This document shows, piece after piece, positions 12,148 through 25,295 of a stretch of DNA of 64,000 nucleotides. Position 1 is the stretch's first letter, and the number at the start of each line of letters is the position of its first letter. Under the pieces are notes generated by a model, which did not search any database, was not told the DNA's origin, and saw only the letters and a list, made by a program, of their open reading frames with translations. This DNA is from Podarcis tiliguerta (Eukaryota): NCBI GenBank assembly GCA_965153285.1, contig OZ229114.1; one strand, 5' to 3'. Made by a program: the position numbers and the translations under genes.

Positions 12148-12664
12148 CTTAAGCGAAACAGGAAAAGTTAAACGTTATTTGCATCCATACCGTATTAATT
12201 CATAAACAATGCCAATTTTCCGACTGAACTATTAAAGCATTTATGTCAAATCCTTTTGTGGTTTACAACACAAAACTGATTCAGTCATAGACCTGGCAGA
12301 GATAAACTAAATATGACATCTTCTTGGCTGTCCGACAGTGTTTCATTTTATACTTTTTCTGCATGCTATACAACATGTCAGGTCATAATGTTATCAAAGC
12401 CCTGCTGTGTGAGCAACTTAACGACAAATTCACACTGTGCATTCAAGCTTCAGAGAATGAAATTATGGGAAAGAAATTAAGTTAGCTGTCCTAAGGAATC
12501 TCTCGTGCTAAGGATTATTCCACCATATATCTAAGTACATGAAGCGGTTTCAAAATTTTCTATCTTCAGGAAATACTTTTTGCTTTCGCTCGTCTGCCAT
12601 ATGATCCCTCTGTATCGCCAGGGGCATGTTCTAAGGTGGACTTAATTAACACAAAAGGCAGATA

Positions 12665-12906
12665 CAGTGGTATCTCAGGTTACAGATGCTTCAGATTACA
12701 GATGCTTCAGGTTACAGACTCCGCTAACCCAGAAATAGTACCTCGGGTTAAGAACTTTGCTTCAGGATGAGAACAGAAATCGTGCTCTAGTGGCGCGGCG
12801 GTAGCGGGAGACCTCATTAGCGAAAGTGGTGCTTCAGGTTAAGAACAGTTTCAGGTTAAAAACGGACCTCTGGAACGAATTAAGTTCTTAACCTGAGGTA
12901 CCACTG
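12665..12906. mobile_element. Tc1/mariner-pogo-type MITE, family B
   Basis: TIR CAGTGGTA(C/T)CTC...GAGGTACCACTG, TA TSD, internal CAGGTTA repeats. Confidence 0.85.
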
Positions 12907-13056
12907 TACTAACAAACACCTTCCACTGGGGGGGGGGGGAGGGGAGCTGTTCCTGCCTCTCCTAAGTAGCAATAGGAGTCAAACCCAAGTCTGGATGCCC
13001 CCTTGCCACTCAAGAGGTAAAATTTCCATTTCATGCCGCAAGTTTAAATTGCTTAC

Positions 13057-13425
13057 ATCAGGTTTGGAAGTTGGTTTTGTCTTTCGCTTCTTGCCTTTTG
13101 CCTTCTTCTCTTCATCTGCTAAAGGTTTGCCCTGATCTGACAGCTCTGCTGACTTCCTTTCCGGTTCCTGAGACGCAGGGGTAGATGGCTCTTCCTCCTC
13201 CTCCTCTTCTTCAGGAGGGAGGGGTAAAGGCTCGAGGTAGTAACTTCGGGGCTTGGGTTTAGAGTGGGCGTGGTAGAGGAGAAGGTGCTGCTGCTCCTCG
13301 TATTTTATTACTTTCCTGTCGATACGGACAGTTCCAAACCAAGCCCAGGATAGCGGAGCAGGATTTCTATTGCCCTCAAATAAATCCCACGGGGATACTT
13401 TCTGCTTAGTTGAGACTTGAAGCCC
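13057..13425 (-). CDS. MED12L: MED12L coding exon (~ex37), [31 protein letters not shown]...[12 protein letters not shown]...[12 protein letters not shown]
   Basis: 369 nt, AG/GTAAG, phase 0->0. Confidence 0.94.
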
Positions 13426-14249
13426 CTGTTTGAAAATGTAAAGGGATAGTTTTTATTTGTCATTTCTTACCTAAACTTCATGTAGACTAAAATAAAGTTG
13501 CAGCACACACGGTAATGTGAAGTATTGAAAGTTATGCACAGAACAGTCAAAAGAACATTATGGTTTACCAGTAATGTAAAATAAAGATGTCACGCGTTTT
13601 AAATGTCAATCATACTTCAATAGATTTTATGCTTTTGTTGCTGTTAAATGCTTTGATGTTTTTTATGATATAGTGGTATACTGTACAAATATGTTTATAA
13701 ATAAAATAAAAACTCTCCAGAATTGAAAACTAGATAAAATAGTTGTTCTAGTACATTATTCAAGGCATTCCAAAAAGTCTATGCCATGCAGCACAATCTT
13801 TTAAAAATAAAACTCATATATTCTATCTGACTTCCCCTTATAATGTTTACAGTGTCCACCTAAATCACAAATGTTTGATGCCCCTGGTTTACTCCTTTGT
13901 AAATATCACATAAGCAAAGAGTGAAATGTCTGCAGCAAATGCTAATTAGAAAGTTTAATCATATTTGTGGCATTGCCCATATCTCTCATCTTAAAAAAAC
14001 CAACCCCGGCCTTGTCAATCTCACAATCCCACAACATATTCCAAATAAAATTAAAATGGTTGAATGTGATTAACATCCAGTTAAGACTCAAACCTGATGC
14101 TGCACCTGCTGTCTTGAGCTCTTGTGATGGGCAGCTTGACCACTGCAATTTGCCACTAGCTGGCAGCATTGTCTGCATTTAGTTGGTGGTTTTAGAATCT
14201 GTCATGCAAAAGTGGCTTTAAATTATTTCAGACAACAGACAGAGTGAGC

Positions 14250-14907
14250 TCTTCCTGCAGCCAAGCTGGTGCCAAACATATTGCTCTGCTTTCCTTTGGA
14301 CCACACCAGAGAGGCCAAGAGGGTGGGGTGTTGTTGCCTGGGCAGCCCAGGCCCTCCAGCACCCGGGGCAGCGCAGTCCGTATGGAGTGCGCATGTGCGG
14401 CATCCCGTATACGCACACACTCTGTACAGAATGCCACACATGCGCAGTCCGTATGGGCTGCCACTTGCGAGCAGCATCCCGTACGGAGTGCGCATGTGTG
14501 GCCTGCCGTACGGACACCATGCAAACGGCACCCCGTATGGACTGCGCATGTGCGGTGACCGTACGGGCTGCCACACATGCGCATGTGCGGTGACCGTACG
14601 GGCTGCCACACATGCGCAGTACGTATGGGCTGCCGCTTGTATGGACGGCGTGCAAGAGCAGCAGCCCATACAGACTGCGCGTGCCCTCAGCCGCTCTACA
14701 GCTGGGGGGAGGCAGGGGCCATATTGTCACACACCCCTGATTGGCACCCGGGGCGGCCCGCCTCCTCCACACACCCCTTCCTACGCCCCTGTATACACTG
14801 CCAGGCTTGTGTCCCAGGGAGGTCACCTCAGTGCTGCTAACACAGTGGTTTGATTTCACCCCCGGAGGTGTACTTCCTTATTTCTTGAGACAGACAGATG
14901 CCAACAA
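14250..14907 (+). mobile_element. Non-autonomous retroelement (RTE-like) carrying a nested CpG-rich insertion (14359-14791)
   Basis: Flanks align to the uninterrupted copy at 61680-61899; the insert ends CCTACGCCCCTG (TIR-like). Confidence 0.65.
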
Positions 14908-15482
14908 CCCTCTTAGACTGCATTCCTAACCCCTCTTATCTGGGAGCAACCCCTATTTAATTCAGTAGGCTTTCCATCCAAATAGAATTGGTTTAGATTT
15001 GCCTTTGAGCATAGAAGATTCACCATGGGGTACCAAAATCCACTCAGCTACAAATAAGTAAAGCCCCGGTCCAAATCTTGCCTCTAACATGGATTCACTT
15101 GGTGGTCTTCATAAGTCACTCAATCAGCTTCACTCTTCCCATCTATATTAGAGGGGCTGATAATATTAATGCATGCTTTAGCATTATTCTAAGAATTTCT
15201 AACTAGGTAATGCATGCAGAGTTCTCTGAATATTTGGAAACACTATGCATTTTTACAAGTATTATTATTAAGTGGAGTGTTGCCTAATAGAAAGGGCAGA
15301 GAATTGTTTCTTTGCTTGGCAGAATATGGTAGAAGCTGTAATAACAACATAACAGAAAAACATTCGCGGCCTTCTGTGAATAAATGAGTTGAATGGATCT
15401 GATTAAAGGGCCACCAAGTTATCTTTTGGCTGTCACATGCATGAGAAAGTTGGCACGCCTTAAAAGTAAAGTTTATTCTTGC

Positions 15483-15644
15483 CTGTTTCTTATCGATGGA
15501 GTCAAATCCAGCAATTTTGTTTCCCTTGGTATCAATTAGTGATCCCATAGGCTCACAAGCAATTATGTCGCACATCTGCTTAGGCAAGGGAAGAAGTTGA
15601 CGAACTTTGTCAATACTTTCTGAACACTTATCTCCCAGTTCTTT
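15483..15644 (-). CDS. MED12L: MED12L coding exon (~ex36), [54 protein letters not shown]
   Basis: 162 nt, ORF 15243..15650; ends at non-canonical CAG/GCAAGA donor. Confidence 0.92.
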
Positions 15645-16439
15645 CTGCAAGTGGGTAAAAAGGACAAATGTTAAGGAAGCATTTCAAAATTGCAGACCAG
15701 AAATGTTTCATTATGAGTCATTTCCCTGTACTTTTACTATTTTTATTCCGCAGTCTTCGCTGTGCCTTAAAATGTGCTTTATAAGCTATTTCCGCTCATC
15801 TGATGGGACCCCCTCCCAAAAAATCTAACTATAGAAATCTGCATTTAACGTTGATGTAGAAGCCTAAAGAACAGATGAGCAATGGTGTCGGGGGGCGGGG
15901 AATCATCTGCAGTTTTAGCATATCATATTGGGCCAAGCCAGAGTACCATGGACAGAAAGCTATCATGTCTACCAAGTCAAGACATTTGTCTAGCTAACCC
16001 AGAATTGCCTACTCTGACTTGCTGTGATTCTACATATTCTTTGGGCATTGAACCTGGGACGATTTCCTTGCAAGGCATGAGCTATTGTTGTCATGCAAAT
16101 ACCGCATGTGTGATAAAGAGTGCCTAACAGGCAAAGGGGCATACGCTCCTATTTGGAGAAATCCCAGATGTCAAAAGACTGGGAAATGGCTACAGGCACG
16201 TGCAATTTCTCTTCCTGTCTCCTCTCTTGTGTGCTTGTTCCTGATCTCTTAACCAGGCTAGCAAATGACTTGTGCACCAAGCCTTTCTGTCCTGTTTCTT
16301 AATTCTTATTCATTAGTAGATGATTCCCTTATTTCCTTATATCTACATACCCCTCCTTTACACAAAAAAGTGGGGGGAACTGCTAGAACAGTTATTCGTT
16401 TAACAAAAGCATATTTCAGCAGTCAGACGGGAGACTTAC

Positions 16440-16575
16440 TTTCAGCTTTTTCACCAAATTCATGTATGCTCTTTTGTTCTCTTCAGACCCCACCTGGGTT
16501 GCATTTGATAGGTCAGAAGCTAAGGTTCCATTGATCAACACACTCAGCATGTCAAGTACAGTTGTAAACAATTCA
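16440..16575 (-). CDS. MED12L: MED12L coding exon (~ex35), [45 protein letters not shown]
   Basis: 136 nt, AG/GTAAGT, phase 2->0. Confidence 0.95.
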
Positions 16576-17058
16576 CTAGGAACATTAGGGGGAAAAGCAG
16601 TGAATTATACCACAAAGAGCAAAAAATAAAGTAAAACAATGTTCTTCCATTTAGCCAAATGTTTACTATTCCTCTCTGGAATGTCATAATCCGATCTAAA
16701 CTGGATTGTGTGAGTCTCTGAAAGGAGGTCCTACCCCACCTGCTAGTTTGCTTCACTGTGGTCCTTTCCATGGTTTCTCAAGTCTGAATAAATGCATGGC
16801 CCTTTTCTCAAGATACGCTCTGGTTTCCTCCAACTGCAGCAGGAGTAAGACACCTCCAGCCAACAAAGACTTGTTTCCTTGGCTGTGTCTGAGACATCCC
16901 TAGTATCTTTGAACTTGACCTCACCAAGTCAAAGTTCCAGAAGATTCCTCTTGATGGAATCTATGGAGGGAGCTATTACAGACCCTTTTAGCAACTTTGG
17001 TACTGCACCGGGGGGGGGGGGGGCTAAGATTGTGTTATTATTAATGGTGCAGACATAC

Positions 17059-17168
17059 TTGTTTGTTTGCATGTCAACGGTTCCTGATGTTATTATTTGA
17101 AGGAGCAGAAGTGCCCAGTCCGTGGTCCACTGTGTACTTCTCTGCACTGTGTCAAACATTCCACCCAC
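17059..17168 (-). CDS. MED12L: MED12L coding exon (~ex34), [36 protein letters not shown]
   Basis: 110 nt, ORF 16929..17168, AG/GTATGT. Confidence 0.95.
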
Positions 17169-18091
17169 CTAAAATGAGAACCACATGGGAAAAAATTGAA
17201 GATAAACATGATGGACTGTGCTCTGCTTAATTATTTTTATTATTTTTATTTTTATTAATTGTGAACACGTAAATAAATCAAATATACATAAATAAAAGTA
17301 AAACGAAAAATAGAGAATATAAAAAGAAACAGAACAAAGAATAAAAAAATAGAAAGATAGATAACACATTTCAAAAAATAAAAAATAAATATAAATATTT
17401 TCGTATCAACTACTACATAAGGAGTTCAAGCCTTTTGTGCTCTGCTTTATTTATGCTTATGGTCTAATTATATTGATTCCTAGTATGTCCCTATTGGTAA
17501 GTTCCTTGGAGATGCCAAACAGCTTGATACGTGGCTCTGGAGTAGCCATCCTTCTGTTGACATGTCCCTCCTGAGTCATAGAATCATACTGTGAATATGC
17601 TGCCATTAAGTGGCCAGTCCCTTGGAAGGTCTCTTCAACTTAAAAAACAACCCAGCAGCACCCCCCTCCCACTTACACAGATGTGGAGGTGGGTCTGTAC
17701 AGAGGGCATGGGCAAAATCAGGAGGTGACATGAGATTCAAATGACTGGTGGGCTGCCATGTTGCATTGTGTCTAGCGCAGCACCGTGTTTGCTACACAGT
17801 GATATGCTAGACACATAGAACACAGTGAGGGGGGGTCTTGCTGCAACCTTATCGCTCTGCCTGCATCAGTGCAAGATTATAGCCTCGGAGTTTCTCTCAT
17901 ATTAAGTGCTTGCACACACAAATGTGTAACAGTTTTACACGTTCTTCATTTTCCAGTTTCAATATGCAGGGTTTTTTAATATTACGGATATGTCCTCTTT
18001 TTTGCTCTTCAAAATATGGCAACCCTAGGAGCAGTTTTACTGAGGAATGACATAAAAATAGTCTAAACAGATAATTGTGCCTTTTTCTCAC

Positions 18092-18181
18092 CAAATTAAG
18101 ACGAAGTTGCAGAGCGTCATGCATCATCTGTCTAGCTTTAACATCATTCTGGTATCTCTCTTCCCTCCAGTTGCTTAATAT
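18092..18181 (-). CDS. MED12L: MED12L coding exon (~ex33), ILSNWREERYQNDVKARQMMHDALQLRLNL
   Basis: 90 nt, AG/GTGAG. Confidence 0.95.
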
Positions 18182-18252
18182 CTAGGAACAAAAATCCGAT
18201 TAACTGAAGCATGTTTACTTTAAACCTTAACATTACTCATTCCTGGCCAACA

Positions 18253-18297
<45 letters not shown>
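18253..18297. repeat. (TA)n microsatellite
   Basis: Direct reading. Confidence 0.9.
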
Positions 18298-18298
<1 letters not shown>

Positions 18299-18993
18299 CT
18301 CTTTTCACCCACTTCTATGAAATACTTCTCACAAATTTTGCTTGTTGTTAAATTTCTGCCTGCTATAATTTATTACCCTGTATCCTCTCTTGCCCAATTT
18401 AACTGATGCTATTTTTACTTAAGAAGTCCCATCTGTGGAGCTGTTCAAAGAAAGAGTTGTCCTCTTATCTAGTCAGGTAAAAGAAGATCCACTTGCAAAT
18501 ACGTTCTCCTCCGGGTGAAACTCCACACAGGCATGGGATCCTTAAAAGTTGCCTGTGAGAAGTCATCATTTTCCTTTCATTTGATAGGTGAGAAAGGGAA
18601 GCCTCTGAATCACACTCTACAGATAGCTTCTCTCAGTGGCTGTTAATACTTTCTACAGATTGCAAGCCAAGTTGCAAGGATGGTAAAGTAAGAAATATCT
18701 CAGATCCAGATTAAAGTACTGGAGGTACCAGAAGTACTGGGAGGAAGGAGGAAAGGATGGAAGGCAGCCGAAACAGAAATGGAGGAGGGAAGAGTCAGAA
18801 AATGGAATAGTTAGAAACTATATCTAAAATGAATTTTGTTACATGCTAACTGTGTGTTTTACAGTGGCCTGGGAGCTGCTCTTGTAGTACTGTAGTTACA
18901 CACAGATGGAGGAGTGGGGCAAGCAATAAGGTATCTGTCCACAACAATAAGAGTCCTATGCTCTGTGTACATAGCTCTTCTACCTAGTCATTA

Positions 18994-19225
18994 CAGTTGT
19001 ACCTTGGAAGTCGGATGGAGTCCATTCTGGAAGGTCTGTTTGACTTCCAAAACGTCCAGAAACCAAATTGCGGCTTCTGATTGGCTCCTGCAGCCAATCG
19101 GAAGCCCTGTCAGAGGTTCGTGTTCCAAAGAACGTTCGTAAACCAGAACACTCACGTCCGGGTTTGTGGCATTCGGGAGCCAAAACGTCCGAGTACCAAG
19201 GCATTTGGGATCCTAGGTCCGACTG
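18994..19225. mobile_element. MITE family A copy
   Basis: Homologous to 1313-1562; TA flanks. Confidence 0.75.
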
Positions 19226-20642
19226 TACTAAGTTGGTTATGGGGGCAAAACTAAGTGGCTCACCTGTCATGATAGCAGCATAGGAATCAAGCACTGGAAT
19301 TAAGGGTCGAATGCTAGGTTCTATCACCTTCTAATCTATCTTACAAACTACTGTATTAACAACTGAAGTGGCAACATGCCCCGCATTAGGCCTAGTCTAT
19401 TCATCCAGCAGAATGAGGTGGGAATGAGGTATTAGACTAAAATGTACCTATTTGGACCACACCCACAGGGACTGCAGGTTGTGGAAGTCTTTTAAAAAAA
19501 ATCTACACATAAACAACACTCCCTACAAGTAAAAAGTCAGTGCAAAGGGATCAGGCTGGTCTAGAGTCTTTCTCCCACTCTCACCTGCAAATAATTTATT
19601 TTTTACATGGGAGAGCGATCAAAATTGATGTTCCTCAACTTCAGTCTGAAATAGTACAATCCATTCTATCAGAATGTGACCATCTCATTGACCTCCATGT
19701 GTAAGCAATGCCTTGATGTGCTTTAGGCCAGGATCCAAAGAACTCTAGAACCTGTTTTGTGAGTCAGTAGGTTCTGGATTTCGAATTTGCAGTGCCATGC
19801 GGCAAATCATTACTGGAACTGTGGGAAGTTTCAAGAGCAGACCTATGCTATATAGCATGATAGACTAGTGCTCCAAGAAATAGAAATAAAAAGTCCCACA
19901 CAAGTCACTGATCTCACTTAAAGTAGCATTTTGTAGCCTAGTATTAGACATTGTGCACATTAGGGACCTTAAAATGCAGTAAGGTCATTTTTCCCTGCTC
20001 CATTTCAAGTCATGTTTTTACATTGCTATACACACCAGAGAGGGAGCTGAGATGTATTCACTCGATTCAAACTAGCCAATTTGTTTCCCTGCACTTTCCC
20101 CACAACTCCTATTCAGTGAAGACTGCAAGTGCGCAGCAAATATCTGAAGTGTTCACTGCTTGTCTTTTCAGATCAAATTGAGCCTGATTTGAGGGAAAAC
20201 ACATCTAACAGCAGTGCTTCTCAAGAAACTATATGATACATATAGATTGTGGGTAACTTGGTTTCAGACATCAGCAGTGGGATAGCACTGGAGCCAGAGT
20301 AAACAGTAATGTGTACATAGTCTTAGTACCTAAAGATGTTGCAGATGCAATACAAAACAAGGCAAGCTCAATGTAATGGGTCACTTTGCCAACAGCAATT
20401 ACTTCTATTCCTGCTTAGGTATCTGAGAAAGTTTGCCATTTTTCTTTTTTTTAAATGCAGATGATTTTGTGTTGTTGTTTTTTTAAATAAAATATCAGCT
20501 AAACCTTCTGTCATTTCTCTCCATTTATGTTCCTGAAACTCACACGGATGGCCTTTCAAATGTGGTTTCCCATGTGCCTGAGTCCATTAGTATAATTGAT
20601 TTTCATCTGATGCAGAGCACAGAATTATCTGCTTATTTTTAC

Positions 20643-20754
20643 CTGATTAACTTGATTTTGTAGAGATGTTAGAAGCCCTTCTCGCTGCTCATCCTGTCCC
20701 TTAAGGCAAGTAAGTACCAAAGAAAGGAAAGGTTGCTGACTCAAAAGAGACATG
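20643..20754 (-). CDS. MED12L: MED12L coding exon (~ex32), [37 protein letters not shown]
   Basis: 112 nt, AG/GT, phase 2->0. Confidence 0.95.
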
Positions 20755-21087
20755 CTTTAAAAGAGGCAGAGACAAGATTCAATTAGTAGTGTTACTTTGA
20801 TATTTTCTGTCTCCAATCCCTTCCTTCCCTTTGTCTACACTTCCCCTAGCAGGGTTTTCTTCACGTGCACTGTTATCGCTGTTTTAGCAAGCTAAAAAAT
20901 ACTCACGCGCTAAAAGCCAAACATTAGGACAGAGGTTCTTCAAACCATGGATTTCCCTGGAAGCTCCCAAGGAGTTCATCAGTGGGAATATTGGTTACAG
21001 CAGCCACAAGATGTGGTGAGATGGCATCGAAGGTGGGGGCTGGGCAAATCCATGGAGGGTAAGTCTATTATTTAGATAGTCAGGATA

Positions 21088-21437
21088 AGGTAAAGGTAAA
21101 GGGAGCCCTGACCATTAGGTCCAGTCGTGACCAACTCTGGGGATGCGGCGCTCATCTCGCTTTATTGGCTGAGGGAGCCGGCGTACAGCTTCCGGGTCAC
21201 GAGGCCAGCATGACTAAGCCGCTTCTGGTGAACCAGAGCAGTGCATGGAAACGCCGTTTACCTTCCTGCCGGACTGGTACCTATTTATCTACTTGCACTC
21301 TGACATGCTTTCGAACTGCTAGGTTGGCAGGAGCAGGGACCGAGCAACAGGAGCTCACCACGTTGCAGGGATTCGAACTGCCAACCTTCTGATCAGCAAG
21401 TCCGAGGCTCAGTGGTTTAACCCACAGCGCCACCCAC
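21088..21437 (+). mobile_element. Sauria SINE
   Basis: Near full-length copy. Confidence 0.85.
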
Positions 21438-23050
21438 TCATAAGGTATATGAGCTACTATAAGGTATAGTGAGGATAACTACCTTCAAACTCTAGGTGTC
21501 AGAGTCAGTATGCCTCTATTTCAGCAACTGGGGAGCAACAGCAGGAGAATGAGTGCTGCTTCCATGCTTGTGAGCTTCCCAGAGGTATCTGGTTGGTCAC
21601 TATAGGAAACAGGATACTGGATTAAATGGACCATGGGTCTGATGGCACAGGGACCCTCCTTATGACAAGCAAGCGTCTCTTCAAAAGAACATTACTTATA
21701 TTCTTCCATAATATGGAACTCTGCAAATGTTGCATAGGTGCCCTAGCTAAACAGAAGTGCACCACAGGACACACCTAAGTCTCTTCTGCAATATGCAGGT
21801 GGTACGTGGTGTGCAGACCAGTGCCAAAAGTGTTCTGAGAGGGTAGGGAATTTGAAAGTCACTGCATTATGACCACGGTATAAATAGAGGCCAACACACT
21901 CGTGTAAAATGTGTGATGGTTTTTAAGCTGGCAGCTTCTTTTGGAGGAGGATGAAGAAGTTCATGGCTCACTTCCTGTCTCATCAGAAACAGAACTCTCA
22001 CATCCCCTTATCCTTTCGGGGGGGGGGGGGAGCTGTCTCCATATCTTCCATGGCTATCTATAAAAAGAAGATGTGAAAGTTGTCCTTCGGACAATGCAGA
22101 AGAATGCAATACACTGGCACTCTCTGCTTTCTCCATCTCCCTCCTTTTTGTGTGGCACTTCCAAAGCAGCCTTTAATGAAAGCCAGAGGAATGTGCAGTA
22201 TTCTTATCCTATTCAGGTTTGCAGGAAGCCTAAGGCATTGCACTTTTAATGGAGTGCCACAATGCTTATCAGGAAGTATCGTTCAGTATTGCTAATTAAG
22301 CAAAGTAAAGGTATTTGGACAACTAAGAACCAGTTTAAGGCAGATTAAGATCAACACAGTTAAAATGAAAGTATGATCTGAATTTTCAGCCATGAAGTGG
22401 GGAATGCAGGGAAAAAAGAAAGAAAAGAAAGGGGGAATGTTTGTTTTTTTTATATAGGCTTTTAAATATAGACAAGCAATTTCATGCAGAGAATTTGAAT
22501 ACTATAGTTTATTGTGAAACATCTAATAACGTATGTATTCATGCACACATCTGAGCATGTCATTTCTTGACACCTAATCAGAATCCCATATGAGAAGTAA
22601 ACATCTATTTGTGGAAAGAGATCTTTTTATTTGAGGGCAAGAAGTATCATTTTAAAAATAGTTTTTTTTCTTTTGGAAATGATGAATAGAATCAATCCTA
22701 CTTTCAGTAAATTTTAACACATTATTGGTCCTTTTTTTTTTTTAACTGAGCTGTTTCCAGAGCAACAATTGGGGCATTAAGAAGGAAAACATGGTCTTGC
22801 TTATGTGCTACATTTTCTCCTAAATGCAACCAAACTGCAACCTACCTTTCCCATAATAACTGTACGGGGGGGAGAGAATGTTGCAGGCTTATTTCATAAA
22901 ACAAATCTTGACTGAGTGCACAAACATGTCCGGTTTACAATAGCAGGATTGGAATACTTGTAATAAAAGCACAAACTCTCCCTAGCCAGTCTCTGCATCA
23001 GATATTCCCAGTAAAAAGTTGCAGCCTTTCTCCCCCCGAATCATTTCTAC

Positions 23051-23212
23051 CTCTTTTGCTTCTGCCTGTCTCTCTCCTTCTTTGAAGACGATCCCAAATG
23101 CTGGCCTTTCTCCAGCTCTTCTCCAGCTGCTTTCAAGACTCTGCCTTGAACAGAAGTAGGCAGCTTCGCGATCAGGGGAGACACTAGCCAAGCGCCTCGC
23201 CTCTCAGAAGAA
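23051..23212 (-). CDS. MED12L: MED12L coding exon (~ex31), [53 protein letters not shown]
   Basis: 162 nt, ORF 23047..23256, AG/GT. Confidence 0.95.
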
Positions 23213-23780
23213 CTAGAAGCATGAAACATACAAGACATTTCAAACAGAATTATCACCCAGTATTCTCAGGTTTTTTCCTTCAAAGCACTATATGCATGTG
23301 TGTGAGACACAGGTTTTGCAAACTACTTAAAACAAGGCAGGTAGGTAGATTTAAGCCAATACAGTTCAATATAATTTTAAGTAAGTTGTGAGCTGAAGTT
23401 CCACATCCCAGTCCCAAAGTCTTTTTGTGTGCTTTTTGATGCGTACATGGAGGTCTTGAGCATGCAGAAATTCCCATTCATTGCAGCTGAAGAACTAATG
23501 TTTATACCTGCTGGTGTGCTTACAGTGCATGATCTACCAAACTGTGTGTGAGAAATTCTCACACGCAGAGAAACTCTGCACATGCACTGGAACTTCTGAG
23601 CCCAGAACAAATCTGGGGAGACTTTTCTGGGCTATGACTACTGCCTTTTGGATTCTTGAAATTAACACCACAATTATTATTAAATGCAACCCTCCACGCT
23701 CACAACCCTCTCAAGTATTCCTGTTTTTTTTAAAAAAGCAGATTAATTTCATCTTTATCCATCCAGGCAGAGAACATTAC

Positions 23781-23971
23781 CTTAGAAATGTCTTTTTACT
23801 TTTCTGCCTCGTAATATGTGTGTCAGCGTTTCCAACAGAGTTTGGACTGAAGAGGCCTATACCAGAGTTAGAAGAGTTATTGTTTAGATCAGCGGATTGC
23901 TGAAACACCTCTATCGTCGCCTTTGCAATATTATCCAACAAGCTGTTCATTTCAGCCACAGACCCAGAACC
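23781..23971 (-). CDS. MED12L: MED12L coding exon (~ex30), GSGSVAEMNSLLDNIAKATIEVFQQSADL...KSKKTFL
   Basis: 191 nt, ORF 23777..23959, AG/GTAAT, phase 0->2. Confidence 0.94.
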
Positions 23972-24099
23972 CTACAGTGAAACATAAGTAAACTAGCACA
24001 TTCATGATATCTTTGCTCACACACTAGGTTATTTTATTTTATTTTTTTAAAAAAAGGAAAACTTTATCGAATGAAACATGTATGCAAGGCAATACTCAC

Positions 24100-24174
24100 A
24101 GGCTCCTTCATACACTGTTTGATCGTCAGCTGGAGCTCCAACCACGATTGGCGGAGAGTCCACTGATCCAAATT
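24100..24174 (-). CDS. MED12L: MED12L coding exon (~ex29), NLDQWTLRQSWLELQLTIKQCMKEP
   Basis: 75 nt, AG/GTGAGT, phase 0->0. Confidence 0.93.
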
Positions 24175-24430
24175 CTGTGCAAAGAATGACAAATAGTTGT
24201 GTCACCATTAAACATGGCAGCTCGTGTATTTTGTTCTTGCCTGCATATCGTTGTCTTTTCTACATGCATCGGGGATGCGGCTCATTTTGTTCATTCTTCC
24301 TGCCTACAGATGGGATCGGTGGGAAAGGGATGGGGGCCTTGCCTTGGGGAAGAGCCTGTTCCTGATTTCACCCCCACCTCAAAACATAGCTTTTAGCTGA
24401 TCTTGACTAAGGGCAGAACTACACATTATA

Positions 24431-24816
24431 GGTAAAGGTTAAAGAAAAAAAAAGGTAAAGAACCCCTGGACAGTTAAGTCCAGTCAAAGGTGACTATGGA
24501 GTTGTGCACTCGTCTTGTTTTCAGGCCGAGGGAGCCGGCGTTTGTCCACAGACGGCTTTCCGGGTCATGACTAAACAGCTTCTGGTGCAATGGAGCACTG
24601 TGACAGAAACCAGAGCGCATGGAAACGCCATTTACCTTCTCAGCACAGTGGTACCTATTTATCTACTCGCACTGGTGTGCTTTCAAACTGCTAGGTTGGC
24701 AGGAGCTGGGACAAAACAACGGGAGCTCACTTCGTCACGGGAATTCAAACCACTGACATTCTGATTGGTAAGTCCAAGAAGCTCAGTGGTTTAGACCACA
24801 GCGCCACCCGTGTCCC
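24431..24816 (+). mobile_element. Sauria SINE
   Basis: Near full-length copy. Confidence 0.85.
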
Positions 24817-25106
24817 TACATTCAGTGACCACGAGAAGAAGCCATACCAATGAGGCAGGCAGAAATCTTGTAGTGAGCCTCCCTCCATACACGAGCTGCA
24901 CACATACAGAGTTTCTTCACATTTCTGGCTAGCGTATGCTTCAGTAGCAGAAGGGGTTGTGGCTGGCAGGAAAGACTTAATTCCCCTCTCCCTTAATTTT
25001 ATCCCTTTACAAGGGACGGTATGTACACAGGGACAAAAGGGTCTAACATGTGGTGGGAGCAAGAGGAAAGAACATCAAATACAAAGCCTTTATTCGGTCT
25101 GCTTAC

Positions 25107-25295
25107 CTGAAGAATGCGCTTGATGTGTTGTCTCTGAGGATTGTCACCCTCTGCACATTCTTTAACACCATGAGGATAACAGATAAGCTGCAACAATTTT
25201 TGTGCTTGCTTGTTTGAAAGGACTGGGTCCAGGATAAGATCTTTGTCGGTACACAGTCTTTCGGGTTCTTTCAAGCAGTGTTCTCCCACCCACTC
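25107..25295 (-). CDS. MED12L: MED12L coding exon (~ex28), [27 protein letters not shown]...QHIKRILQ
   Basis: 189 nt, ORF 24999..25289, AG/GTAAG. Confidence 0.95.

Noticed and set aside
14380-14660. CRISPR-like repeat/spacer appearance
   Set aside because: Units are degenerate, occur in both orientations and have no unique spacers; eukaryotic context with no cas genes
14218-14859. Overlapping 100-213 aa ORFs on both strands
   Set aside because: A by-product of a GC-rich repetitive insertion that lacks stop codons; the peptides are repetitive with no recognisable domain
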